Positions 12,869-25,869 of a stretch of DNA of 64,000 nt are shown here, in pieces. Source of the stretch: Squalus acanthias. Lineage: Eukaryota. The first letter of the stretch is position 1. Every line of letters begins with the position of its first letter. A program made the translations under genes and the position numbers. The stretch lies in NCBI GenBank assembly GCA_030390025.1, contig CM059445.1, positions 12,028,001 to 12,092,000 on the forward strand, given 5' to 3'. The notes beneath the pieces are model-generated. The model was not told the origin of the DNA, ran no database searches, and saw nothing but the letters and a program-made list of their open reading frames with translations.

Positions 12869-13899
12869 CCCTGCCGTTTCCCCACGGCACGCATCTTAAC
12901 CTGCTCCCAGGTTGGTGTTAATCCCCCTCTGGCTACTAAGAGGTTCAGAGGAGCTGTCTCAGGTTGATGTTCCCTCAAATGGTTGCTTGCACCATCCTAA
13001 GTGTGGCAGATACTTAGAATGATAAAGCACAGAAGGAGGCCATTCGGCCCATTGTGCCTGTGCCGGCTTTTTGAAAGAGCTCTCCAATTAGTCCCACTCT
13101 CCCGCTCTATCCCCATAGCCCTGCAAAATTTTCCTTTTCAAATATATATCCCCTTTTGAAAGCTACTATTGAATCTGCTTCCACCACCCTTTCAGGCAGT
13201 GCGTTCCAGATCAGAACATTCGAGTAAAAAAAACTCCTGTTTCTTTTGCCAATTATCTTAATTGTGTCCATTGGCTACCAGCCCTTCTGCCACTGGAAAC
13301 AGTTTCTTCTTATTTAGTCTCGCAAAACCTTTCATAATGTCCCTTTAGAAACTCGAACACTCCCACTTAGGCTCTCTAGTGAGAGACTCTCACACTCCCT
13401 CCTTGAACAGGGTCTGGTTAGAAACTTTATGCTTGACCAGGGACATGCCTCCTTTACTCACTGGCATTGTGCAGCTGCAATTAATTCCTTAACTCCCTCC
13501 AATCTTCTTTTACAGCTTGGAGGGGTGAAAGGGAGAGCCTCGCTGGGGAATGTTTTAAGTGAAGCACATCCTCCCTCCTTTACCTTCAATGGGCTTCTCG
13601 GTGCCAGGAGACTGACAAAGAATCTGAAGGTGACTGAAAAATGCACATTTGATGGTAAAGAATTCCAACTTCGCCGTCGACAGAGGCTTAAACCGAAGAG
13701 TAACTAACCTTTTCTGTTTTTATGTTGGAAGGAAAGAACTGCTTTGAAGATAACTGCAAAGAAACCAGCTGTCACCAAGATCATAAATGAACAGGTCTGT
13801 AATGTTCTCTCTCTCGATGGGAGAGCGGGTAATCCTCTCTCTCTCTCTCCCTCTCTCTCCCCTCTGCAGTGCTGTTACGTTAACCGTTGTCAGGGGAGC

Positions 13900-14253
13900 C
13901 AGGTTTGCCAACTCTGATTGGACATATTCCTGGAGGTTTCATCACATGACCTTCTGCCGCCAACAGCCCCACCCCCAGGCTCTCGCCATTGGTCGCCCAA
14001 CATTTCCCTCCTGGCGCCGCCCCGCCTTCCCGAGCCAATCGGAAAGCAAAAAGACTCTTCATTACCTGATTGGATGATTCTTGACTTTCACTTTTCCCAT
14101 CACCAAATTTTTACAAATGAAATGAAAAAAAAGCACACAATATTTTTTTTAATGCCCCTATATTTTTCTCCCGGGTTTTGCTGGCAGCAGTGTCCTGGAG
14201 ATTAATCTTCAATTCCTGGAGATTCCAGGCCAATCCCGGAGGGTTGGCAGCCA
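13900..14253. mobile_element. hAT/Tip100-like MITE; second copy in opposite orientation at 17217-17468
   Basis: Degenerate terminal inverted repeats CAGG(G/T)TTGCCAAC / GTTGGCA(A/G)CC; shared internal CCTGGAGGTTTCATCACATGACC. Confidence 0.6.
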
Positions 14254-15867
14254 ACGTTCCCGCCAATTTTCTTGTTGGTAAAAAATTTCTTTACTGGGCT
14301 GTTTCCTCTTTTTCTGCTGCCGTTCCCTCCGTCTCTCAGACTCTGAGGTACAAACGGGGCCACAAACTTTTTCCCCTCTCTCGCAACATGATGTAAACAG
14401 CCCATTCAAATTTCCACGCAGGCGCGGTTTTTCCGTTTAAAAGCCGCTGAGCGGCCTGCGCGGGACCTCCAGACCGCCGTGCGGTCGCTCCCGCAGCTTA
14501 ACGGGAACGTTGTTGGCAACCTGCAGGTGGTGGCTCTTCCTCTGGCCGTCTCTCCCTCTCTGGGAGAAGCACCGAGCCGCTAAGTGGGCCTCCTGACGAC
14601 AGCACAGCTGACACCAGGCAATCTGATCGCCGTGTTGAGAAGCGCGGGTGTGAACTCATTTCTGTTTCTCTTTGAAAAGAAAGGAAGAAAGCAAGAACGT
14701 GCATTTCTACAGCGCCTTTCACGACCTCAGGACGTCCCAAAACACTTCACAGCAAATTTTGAAGTGTGGTCACTGTTGTAATGTATGAAACGTGGCAGCC
14801 AATTTGCCCACAGCAAGGTCCTCCAAAAATCCACCAAAATCTGTGGCATTCTCTGCCCCAGAGAGCCCTGGGGGCTGGGTCATTAAATACATTGAAGGTG
14901 GAGATAGACAGATTTTTGCAAGATAAGGGAGTGAAGGGTTATGGGGAGCGGGCAGGGAAGTGGCTTTGAGCCCAAGATCAGCCATGATCTTATTGAATGG
15001 CGGAGCAGGCTCGAGGGGCCAAGTGGCCTCATCCTGCTCCTATTTCTTATGTTCTTATGTCCCACAAACATCATGAGATAATGGCCTGATAATCTATTTT
15101 TGAGGTATTGATTGAGGGATAAATATTGGCCAGGACACTGGGGATGACTCTCCTGTTCGTCTTCAAAATAGTGCCATGGGATCATTTACGTCCACCTGAG
15201 AGGGTTGACAGGGCCTCAGTTTCCCACCAGTGCAGCACTCCCTCAATACGGCACTGGAGTGTCAGCCTAGATTTTGTGCTCAAGTCTCTGGAGTGGGGAC
15301 TTGAACCCACAACCTTCTGACTCAGAGGTGAGAGTGTTACCCACTGAGCCACGGCTAACGCAGGATACAAGGTATAAAAATAGCACACAGATAGGGGACG
15401 TTCTCTGAGGTTGGGGGGCCTGAGTATGTGGAGCTTACTCCGCATCTAACCAGTGCTGTACATCTACCCTGGGACTGCTTAATGTTGACATAGGAAGGAG
15501 AAGGCGGTGCGGGGGCGGGGGGCAAAGTGAAATTATTCAATTGCTCAGCACTACCATCCTTCACTTGGTTGAGCAAAATATAAAAAGCCAATAGGAACAT
15601 TATAGGAACAGGAGTGGGCCATTCAGCCCCTCTAGCCTGTTCCGCCATTCAATTAGATCATGGCTGGTCTTTACCTCAACTCCATTTACCCGCCTTAGCT
15701 CCATAGCCCTTGATAACCTTACCAACAAAAATCTAGCAATCTCAGTCTTGAAAGCTCCAATTCTCCCCCAGCACCCACTGCCTTTTGGTGGCATGAGTTC
15801 CACGATTTGTGCCAACCCTTTGTGTGAAAAAGTGCTCTCTGTTACAATAGAAATGTAACTATTTATG

Positions 15868-16091
15868 GAAAATGCTGGAAATACTCAGCAGGTCAGGCAG
15901 CGTCTGTTGAGCGAGAAACAGAGTCAACATTTCAGATCGATGACCCTTCGTCAGAACTTTCTGACAAAGGTTCATTGACCTGAAACGTTAACTCTGTTTC
16001 TCTCTCTCCACAGATGCTGCCTGACCTGCTGAGTATTTCTAGCATTTTCTGTTTTTATATCAGATTTCCAGCATCCGCAGTATTTTGCTTT
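15868..16091. mobile_element. Palindromic Penelope pseudo-LTR remnant
   Basis: Inverted arms about 15868-15957 and 15959-16049, matching the Penelope terminal sequence at 47966-48070. Confidence 0.8.
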
Positions 16092-16159
16092 GTGACTATT
16101 TACGGAATTGTCTGAATGTAGCGGGAAGTTACCCCCCGAACTTGCTTTCCCATTTCCAG

Positions 16160-16507
16160 GTGCCAGCGTTCAGCTCGAAACCCCCGCAGAAATTCTGCAC
16201 CTTCCCCGTTCAGAGATTCCTGGAGGAGTACTTGCCCGACAAGCTGAGGGGCGTCTCTTACGGCCCAGCCCTCGCTGGCAGGCTGGCGAAAGAAATGAGC
16301 GAGGAAATTAAGGAATTTGCGAAGGGGGCTCTGCCACCCAGGTACAAGCTGGTGTGCATCGTGACGCTGGGCGAGAGGAGAAACGAGGACGCCCTGCTGA
16401 CCAGCCGCGCTCTCTGGGACTCCCACGCCGACACCTTTGTTTCGCACTGTTACGAGAACGGCACCGTGTTCTGTGCGGCCAGCATCTTTGCCGTGTACTG
16501 CGAATGA
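16160..16507 (+). CDS. Tctex-type dynein light chain (DYNLT4/DYNLT5-like), last coding exon with the whole Tctex-1 domain
   Basis: PPRYKLVCIVTLG...SRALWD...DTF...YENGTVFC...AVYCE* is the Tctex-1 family signature; acceptor ttgctttcccatttccag ends at 16159; the first 25 codons of the listed ORF are intronic. Confidence 0.93.
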   Translation: MPAFSSKPPQKFCTFPVQRFLEEYLPDKLRGVSYGPALAGRLAKEMSEEIKEFAKGALPPRYKLVCIVTLGERRNEDALLTSRALWDSHADTFVSHCYENGTVFCAASIFAVYCE

Positions 16508-19500
16508 GCAAAAATGGTTAAATTACGAGCTTGCATAGACCAGGGTTGTATTCCCTTGATTATAGAAGATTAAGGTGTGATCTTAAGGGTAGATAGAGAT
16601 GAACTATTTCCACTGGTATGGGAGGGAGGGGGTGGGAGGTGGGGAGGTGCGGGGGTCGGGGAGGCGGGTGGGAGGGAGTCCCGAACAAGGGGGCATAACC
16701 TTAAAATTAGAGCTTGGGCATTCAGGGGTGATGTCAGGAAGCACTTCTTCAAACAAAGGGTAGTGGAAATCTCCCCCAAAAAAGCTGGGGGTCAATTCAA
16801 AATTTCAAAACTAAGATTGATAGATTTTCGTTAGGCAAAGGGTATGAAGGGTTATGGAGTCAAGGCGGGTCGATGGAGTTAAGATACAGATCAGCCATGA
16901 TCTCATTGAATGGCAGAACAGGCTCGAGGGGCTGAATGGCCTCCTCCTCTTCCGATGTTCCTCAGTTGTTTTCTGAATACGCGCTCATGAATCACTCCTT
17001 CAATATCTCACTTGCTTCATCAAAATGAAAATGAAATGGTGCAAGTGTTCTGACGAGGATGGTGAACCGCAACCCGGGGGGGGGGGGGCGGGGTTGGGTG
17101 GGGGGGCGGAAGGGAGGAGGGAGAGTTTGCTGCTTCTGGTTGCGACCTATCTCATTCCAGGGTTTCTCTCACAATGGCTCAGAAGGCCCATTGTATGATT
17201 TTCCCAAAGCGGAGGGCAGGGTTGTCACTTGCCAACCCTCCAGGATTGCCCTGGAGTCTCCAGGAATTAACCATTAATTTCCGGGTCACTGCTGCAACCA
17301 ACCCTGGGGAGTAATATCACAGGGGGCATCCAAAAAAAAAAACAGTGCGTTATCTTTTCATTTTCTTTGAAGACTTCAAAAACCCGTTTGAGTGGGCGGG
17401 GCATCTGGAGCCGGGAGGTCATGTGATGAAACCTCCAGGAACACGTCCAACCAGAGTTGGCAATCCTAATGGCAGGCAATCAGATTGTGCGGTGCCTCAT
17501 GTTAGAAAGACTGGAAACCGTCTAATGCGGCAAGCCGTATGAAGTCTCACCAAAAGGTTGCAGACGATGTTGCAGGCGAGTGTCTCACCTCCTGACTCCC
17601 CAAAGCCTTTCCACCATCTACAAGGCACAAGTAAGGAGTGTGATGGAATACTCTCCACTTGCCTGGATGAGTGCAGCCCCAACAACACTCAAGAAGCTCG
17701 ACACCATCCAGGACAAAGCAGCCCGCTTGATCGGCACCCCATCCACCACCTTAAACATTCACTCCCTCCACCACCGGCGCACCGTGGCTGCAGTGTGTAC
17801 CATCTACAAGATGCACTGCAGCAACTCACCAAGGCTTCTTCGGCAGCACCTCCCAAACCCGCGATCTCTACCACCTAGAAGGACAAGGGCAGCAGGCGCA
17901 TGGGAAGACCACCACCTCCAAGCACAGACTGCAGCGGTTCAAGAAGACAGCTCACCACCACCTTCTCAAGGGCAATTAGGGATGGGCAATAAATGCTGGC
18001 CTTGCCAGCGACGCCCACATCCCAGGAACGAATAAAAAAATAATTGATGTCATTTTTCTCTGTATTTTGCTGAGTTGTTTCTGCATTAAATTAAATGTTC
18101 TTTTTGATTTTTTTTTTCAATTTAGAAGTGGCATTAAAATAAAATCAAGTTTGATTCTTCCAGACCCATTCCTTTATTTCACATTCCCAGATTCTGAGGC
18201 TTCCGGATAACTGGATGCTTTGCATCGCTGCATCTCTGAACAAGCTCTATCCTGAGCCAGCAGTCATAGCGCTGATGTTTGAAAGTCTGGATGGCTCAGT
18301 TGGTAACTGCAGTGACTGGTGAGTCCCATAGACCAGGAAAGTCCTGGATTCAATTCCCAGTTTTTCCCTGGACTAGGATGGGGGGAAATCATCCAGGGGT
18401 TCTGCTCCAGGGGTTACTATCCAGTAAACCCCTCCCCTGCCTCAGCTGGCAAGTACATGTCCAGATGTTGAATGACAGGATTGGGCTTGATGCTATGTCA
18501 CTGTAGACAAATAGCCTTCCTTAGATAGGTAAAAAAAAAGAAAGACTTGCATTTCTATAGCACCTTTCATGACCTCAGGACGTCGCAAAAGTGCTTTACA
18601 GCCAATGAAGTACTTTTCAAGTGTAGTCACTGTTGTAATGTCGGAAATGCAGCAGCCAATTTGCACACAGCAAGCTCCCACAAACAGCAAGGTGGTAATG
18701 ACCAAATCTGTTTTTGTGATGTTGATTGAGGGATAAATATTTGTGCCAGGACACTAGGGATAACACCCTGCACTTCTTCATAATAGTACCATGGGATATT
18801 TTAACATCCACCTCAGAGAGCGGACGGGGCCTCGGTTTAACATTTTACCTGAAGTACAGCACCTCCAACAGTGCAGCACTCCCCCAGAGTGTCAGCCTAG
18901 ATTTTTGTGTGCAAGTCTCTGGAGTGGGACTTGAACCCACAACCTTCTAACTCAGAGGCGAGAGTGCTGCACACTGGGCCACAGTTGTAGAAAGAAAGTG
19001 GGATAAAGGGATCAGGGCGGACACATGGGATTAGGACAACTGCTCACATGGAAGATAAACACCAGCATGGACTGGTTGGGCCGAATGGCCTATATTTGTG
19101 TTGTCATTTCTAATTCTATGAGCCTCACCATCTTGGCTGACAATTGAAGAACGGCCTGGGATGAGGGACTTGAGGAAGGTTGGTGTTTGTGAAATATAAG
19201 AACATATGAACAGAAGAAGTAAGAGCAGGAGTAGCCTGCTCCACCATTCAATAAGATCATGGCTGATCTTCGACCTCAACTCCACTTTCCCGCCCGATCT
19301 CCATATCCCTTGATTTCCCTGGAGTCTAAAAATCTATCTATCTCAGCCTTGAATATACTCAAAGACTCAGCATTCACAGCCCTCTGGGGCAGAGAATTCC
19401 AAAGCTTCACCACCCTCTGAGTGAAGAAATTCCTCCTCATCTCAGTCTTAAATGGCCGACCCCTTATCCTGAGACTATGCCCCCTAGTTCTAGACACTCC

Positions 19501-20739
19501 AGCCAGGGGGAAACAACCTCTCAGCATCTACCCTGTCAATCCCCCTCAGAATCCTGTATGTTTCAATGAGATCAATAAGAACATAAGAACATAAGAATTA
19601 GGAGCAGGAATAGGCCATACGGTCCTTTGAGCCTGCTCCGCCATTCAATAAGATCATAGATGATCTTCTACCTCAACTCCACTTTCCTGCCCGATCCCTT
19701 GAGTCCCCTACAGTCCAAAAATCCATGAAGGTGTTGCTGCCTTCAGGAAACGAGGGGGAGAAAATAAGGCAGTTATAAGAAAAGTGACACTTTACGACAA
19801 AGCTGTGGGATGACTCGCAAGAACCAGAACAAGCTGGATGAGGTCGTTACTCTCCCAGTTACTACGACACCCATTCTGTGCGGCTTGCTCTCGACAGGGA
19901 CCTACCTAAAATATCGCGAGCATTTTCTTACTTCTTGCTCCGCTCTGAGCCACAGCTCAAGACACAGTCACTGCGTTGTGGGATGGTTTGTTGTGAAAGA
20001 CTCAGCTCTTGCATGACCTCAGGATTGCAGGAGGTCCCCAAACACTAGCCTGAATGAGCAGGATGCACGGTGTGCAAGCCCGGACATGCTGGGATGTGTT
20101 GGCCTGCGACCCTGCATTTCCATTGGCCAAGGCAGATCATTGTCAGCCCATATTTTATGTAGACTGTTCTCACGGCAACAGGTCACACTGGGGTTATCTG
20201 CAGCCAATCAAATACATCTCAAAGCAAACAGCTTTTTGTCAAAATGCCAACAACCTTTGAACACTGTTTTGGTTCATAATAAAAGAAAAAGAATGAGAAA
20301 CTTGGATTTATATAACGCCTTTCATGACCTCAGGACGTCTCAAAGCACTTTACAACCAATGAAGGACTTTTTGTAATGTGGGCTCTGTTGTTCTGTTGGA
20401 AACGCGGCAGCCAATTTGCGCACAGCAAGCTCCAACAAACAGCAATGTGATAATGACCAGATAATCCATTTTAGTGATGTTGCTTGAGGGATAAATATTG
20501 GCCAGGACACCGGGGAGAACTCCCCTGCTCTTCTTCCAATAGTGCTGTGGGATCTTTTACATGCACCCGAGAGGGCAGACGGGGCCTCGGTTTAACGTCT
20601 CATCCGAACGACGGCACCTCCGACAGTGCAGCGCTCCCTCAGCACTGCGTCGATTTTGTGCTGAAGTCGGACTTGAGCCCAAAACCTTTTGACGCGAAGG
20701 TGAGTGTGCTACCCACTGAGCCATGGCTGACAGCTAATA

Positions 20740-21992
20740 ATACACTTGCATTGGAGGCAGTTCAGAGAAGGTTCACGAGGTTGATTCCGGAGATGAAGGG
20801 GTTGTCTTATGAGGAAAGGTTGAGCAGGTTGGGCCTATACTCATTGGAGTTTAGAAGAATGAGAGGGGATCTTATTGAAACATATAGGGGTAAAAATTGG
20901 GTAGCGCCATTTGGGGCGCTATCTTTGCCGGGGCGCTAATTGTAGCACCCCGAAAAAGTTAGCGCCCCCTCGGCCGATTTTCCCAGGTAGCAGCCCGAGA
21001 GGGAGGAGGGGCGCTACTGGAAGCGCCCCGCGTCCCTCTTGGGGCGCTGCGAGCCAATATCGCGGCGCTACGTTCCGCTGCGGTACTGCAGGCCTTCCTC
21101 CCCTTATTAAAGGGGAGGGGCCTGGCGCAGCGTGTCCCGGCGCCCAGCTGGGCCACCAGGGATCGGGAGTGCCGGCAAACGAGCCCGGCACTCAGGAAGA
21201 GTGCTGGGCTCACGGTGAGCAGCCGGCACCCCGCAGGAGGGGCTTCACGGGGGCCGGGGACAGCAACAGGGGCAGGTGCTGGCAGGTGGCCAGCAACAAA
21301 AATGGCCGCCCACCACCTCCCCTTTAACTAGCACCGCCCCAGCCGCAGGTAGGCCCCCCTGACCCCAGCGGACATAGCGTCTGGCGGTAAGTCGGGGGGC
21401 GCCACCCAATATTACAGCCGGGGCGCGAGAGGGGCACTGTGCACGGCGATGACGTCATCGCCGGCGGCGCAGTGCCACACGGCGCTAACGGTTAGCGTCG
21501 CCGTTAACCTGCCACTGAATTTCGTGGTGCCGCGCCCAGGCGCTAGTTGATTTGTGCCCCATTAGTGCCCTCTTAGGGTGCTAACGGGAGGCACAAATCA
21601 ACCGAATTTAGCCCCCATAAGATTCTGAAGGGGCTTGACAGGGTAGACGCTGAGAGGATGTTTCCGCTCATGGGGGAATGTAGAACTAGGGGGCATAATT
21701 TCAGAATAAGGGGGCACCCATTTAAATCAGAAATGAGGAGGAATTTCTTCTCTCAGAGGGTTGTGAATCTTTGGAATTCTCTACCCCAGAGAGCTGTGGA
21801 GGCTGGGTCATTGAATATATTTAAGGTGGAGATAGACAGATTTTTGAATGGTAAGGGAGTCGAGGGTTCTGGGGAGCGGGCAGGGAAGTGGAGTTGAGGC
21901 CAAGATCAGATCAGCCACGATCTTATTAAATGGCGGAGCAGGCTCGAGGGGCCGAATGACCTACTCCTGCTCCTACGTCTTATGTTCTTATG
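20740..21992 (+). mobile_element. CR1 3' fragment interrupted by a Harbinger-like MITE
   Basis: CR1 peptide resumes after 21617; CR1 tail near 21990. Confidence 0.9.
20887..21616. mobile_element. GC-rich PIF/Harbinger-like MITE
   Basis: Termini GGGGTAAAAATTGG / CCGAATTTAGCCCCC; 3-bp target duplication ATA. Confidence 0.8.
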
Positions 21993-22234
21993 TAATAATT
22001 GTCAGTGGGAAGGAAGGGCGGTCAATGGGAAAGAGTGTCACTGACATTAGAAAGCACCAAATAAATGAAAAGGGATCCAGTGAAGTGCTGGCAGGAGCTC
22101 AGGAGACAGCTGATCTGAGCATCAAACCTGGGATAGGAGTAAAAACCGTCGACACTCCAGTGAGGCCTTGTCTGAAAATGTCAGCTCAGTGAGAAAACAG
22201 GCACAAGGACATGAGCCTGATCAGGAACAAACAG

Positions 22235-22836
22235 CTAAAGACTTGAATTAAAAGTTTATTTAATCAGTTCTGACATTGCTGACAAATGGAGTGATTACTT
22301 AGGTAACGAGTTACTGTACAAATGCAAATCGTGGAATTGAGGGATGTATTTGGTAACTTTTCTATTTTTCTCTCGCGCTTTTTCTCGACCGGACGGAGAC
22401 AGCAACAGGTGGACAAGGGAACGACTTCCAGCCATTCCTCGTGCTTTGTCCAGAACTGGCCAGCGAGCCACCCAGGTGATGATCCCTCCGACTTTCCCCG
22501 AGGCCGTGCTTCCCACCACTTGCGGGCCGAGATTGGGAACTCAGTGGTAGGGGGGACGAGAGTCTGTCCGTCCGGCCCTCGGCAGCTCAGAGTCTTACTG
22601 CCCGAATGTACTGTGGCCAGCGAATGAATGCCACCAAATGAGCAGCAATGAGGCACATCTGCGAGTGCCACACATGTTAAGGCAGCAGAAATGACTGTGG
22701 TCCCTTTTACCGTCCACCTGCTGAACCCTGGTGGAGACCATCAGGTCAGAGTGCGCGCGGAGCCAGGGACGTTCTATTATTCAGCTGAGTCACAAGAGAT
22801 GAATGCTGACTCTTCCGCTTGTCTATCTTTGGTGAT
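22235..22836 (-). other. Probable terminal 3'-UTR exon of the Ig-superfamily receptor
   Basis: Acceptor ttcaattctttttgcag before 22836; AATAAA on the minus strand at 22255-22260 followed by GU-rich TGTTTGTT; non-repetitive sequence; would pair with the donor at 28371. Confidence 0.55.
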
Positions 22837-23050
22837 CTGCAAAAAGAATTGAAATAGAACAGGGTTTAGGAAGTGAAAGCAGCTCTTGGCTTTCGCCCAA
22901 CAGAATTAAATGAAACAAGGAACAGAAGAATGTGGCCACGGCCATCTCACTGGACCTGCCTGGGCCATCAGATCTCTCATCTGCACCAACCCCACATGCA
23001 ACTCCTTCCTGCTTAATCAGATATCCCATCCATCCCTTTTCACCTGAGTC

Positions 23051-24200
23051 ATAAGAACATAAGAAATAGGAGCAGGAGTAGGCCATTTGGTCCTTCGAGC
23101 CTGCTCCGTCATTCAATAAGATCATGGCTGATCTTCTACCTCATCTCCACTTTCCTGCACTATCCCCATATCCCTTGATTCCCTTAATATTCAAAAATCT
23201 ATCGATCTCTGTCTTGAATATACTCAATGACTGAGCCTCCACAGCCCTCTAGGGTAGAGAATTCCACCCTCTGAATGAAGAAATTTCTCCTCATCATCTC
23301 AGTCCTAAATGGCTGACCGCTTATTCTGAGACTGTGACCCCTGGTTCTAGACTCCCCAGCCAGGGGAAACTGCATCTACCCTGTCAAGTTCTGTAAGAAT
23401 TTTGTGTGTTTCAAGGAGATCACCTCTCATTCTTCTAAACTCCAGATAATATAGGCCTAGTCTACTAAATCTCTCCTCATAGGACAATCCCCCCAACCCA
23501 GGACTCAGTCTGGCGAACCTTCGTTGCACTCCCTCTATGGCAAGTATATCCTTCCTTAGGTAAGGAGACCAAAACTGTACACAATACTCCAGGTGTGGTC
23601 TCACCAGGGCCCTATATAATTGTTACAATAGCAAAATACTGCGGATGCTGGAAAACTGAAATAACAACAGAAAACGCTGGAAAAACTCAGCAGGCCAGGC
23701 AACATCCGTGGAGAGAGAAACAGAGTTAATGTTTCAGGTCGAAGACCCTTCGTCAGAACTGAGAAAAAAGCAGGAAATGAAACAGATAAAAAAGCAAGTG
23801 GGAGGCTGGGGGAGGGAATAAAAGAACAAACGGGGAGGTCTGTGATAAGTAGAGACATTAAGAGATGCTCAAGGCGAGACGAGATGGTAATAGGACAGGT
23901 TAAGAAACAAAAGATGGCTCAGAAGTGTGAAGTGTGAAATGCTGGCAGAATGAAAGACAGCTGCCGTGGGGGAGAGAGAGAAAAAAAGGGAAAAGGCACA
24001 AACCTTGTAGTAAGACGTCTTTACTCTTATACTCAAATCCTCTTGTAATAAAGGCCAACATACTATTTGCTTTCCTAATTGCTGTACCTGCATGTTAACT
24101 TTCAGTGATTCGTGTACAAGGACTCCCAGATCCCTCTGAACGCCAACATTTCCCAAATCTCTCACCATTTAAAAAATACTCTGCTTTTCTATTTTTCCTA
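23051..24200 (-). mobile_element. CR1 3' fragment with a Penelope terminal fragment (about 23628-24003) inserted
   Basis: RPHLEYCVQFWSP peptide; the insert matches 47966-48330. Confidence 0.85.
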
Positions 24201-24491
24201 CATTCCACAGTCCCTGCATTCGGTGACGGTCCCCAAGTATCAGCTGAGCTCACTTTTAGCTCCAAACCCCAGTGCTCACTCTTGATTCCTGGTTCTCCAC
24301 AAACTCCCCGAGCCCTTCATTATTTTAAGAATCCTTCAGCCTACCCTCTCCGTTAATCTGTCTGCCGCTGGGAATAGGCTTCGTCTCATCTATTCATCAT
24401 ACTTTCATGATCTGAAACCTGATTACCTCCTTCTTGCTGATCTCGGGAATCTTTCCTGTGCCTTCTGTGCGGACACAGTATTCCACCTATG

Positions 24492-24682
24492 GGGCGGTGA
24501 AATTCGACTTGAGCAGGGAGGCAAAGGACAGGCATTATCGCATCTTCCGACCGTCATACGCCTGGTCCGCTATTCGGTTCGATTGACTTCAATGGGGTTG
24601 ACTATCGGGCTGGGCGTATAATGGGCGACGGATGCCATACCGTCCGTTTTGCACTCACACGCCCAAGTCGAATTTCGCCGCC
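24492..24682. mobile_element. Short Harbinger-like MITE; truncated relative near 25017-25115
   Basis: Inverted termini GGCGGTGAAATTCGACTT / AAGTCGAATTTCGCCGCC; ATG on both sides. Confidence 0.6.
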
Positions 24683-25869
24683 ATGGTGTCACCGAAGGTG
24701 CTGGCTCCAACGGGAATACGGTGCCACGGCTGTCAGCTGCGCCGCCACCCCCCCCCCCCCCCCCCCCGCCCCCCACTCCACCCAGTACCTCATCCAAGTG
24801 GCCATTCTTCATGTGTGAACCTGGACAGTGACGGGCTAGTCGACTGTTGAGCCAATTCTGCCCACACCTGATGCCCACCCCACTTTCCAGCAGGAATCAC
24901 TGGATAGTCGTCAGGAGCAAGAACTGTGGCCGATTCCCGCGCCCCCCCCGAACTCCTTAACGCAGTACTGCTGAAGTGAATTGTAGCATATGCCAGCACC
25001 TTCAGTGACCCCCAGTGGGGGTGAAATTCGATTTCTGTGGGGACACAAAACGAATGGCATCGCATCCGCTGCCCATTATACACCCCGCCCGATATTCAGC
25101 CCCATTGAAGTCAATCGTTGTGGTTGAGATGAGCCGTTGGTTGTGGGTCGCTTAACTCTGTCTATAGCATGCTGTTTCCACTGTTTAGCATGTGTGTAGT
25201 CCTGTGTTCACCAGATTGGCACTTCATTTTTAGGTACACCTGATGCTTCTCCTGGCATGCTCTTCCACACTCCTCATTGAACCAGGGTTGGTCCCCTGGC
25301 TTGATGGTAATGGTAGAGTGAGGGTTATGATGGGCCATGAGGTTACAGATTGTGGTGGAATATAATTCTGCTGCTGCTGATGGCCCGCAGCGCCTCGTGG
25401 ATGCCCAGTTTTGAGCTGCTAGATCGGTTCTGAATTTATCCCAGTTAGCACGGTGGTAGTGCCACACAACACGATGGAGGGTGTCCTCAGTGTGAAGACG
25501 GGACTTTGTCTCCACAAGGACTGTGCAGTGGGCAGTGCCACTATCCACTGAGCCAGTAGGGGACCCTGTAGAAGTCACCAAGTACACTAACACTCAGAGC
25601 ATTCCTCTGAAGCTAGTTACGTACTTAACCCATTCCATTAAAAAGAAAAAAGAATATTTATATTGTGCCTTTCACAAACTCAGGACATCCCAAAGCGCTC
25701 ACAGCCAATTAAATGTTTCACCTTTGTAATGTAGGAAACGCAGCACCCAATTTGCGCACAGCAAGCTCCCACAAACAGTAATGTGATAATGACCAGATCA
25801 TCTGGCTTTTAGCAGTGTTGGTTGAGGGATAAATATTATCCAGAGCACTGGGGAGAACTCCCTCGCTCT

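Noticed and set aside
14497-14526. Possible 30-nt in-frame cassette exon in the Tctex intron
   Set aside because: Weak donor (GTGGTG) and no protein-level support
16085-16159. N-terminus of the listed 140-aa Tctex ORF
   Set aside because: Starts at TTG inside a Penelope remnant and precedes a clear splice acceptor, so it is intronic
20911-21327. GC-rich ORFs here and at 29052-29601
   Set aside because: They lie in non-autonomous MITEs, have no transposase motifs, and frames differ between the two copies
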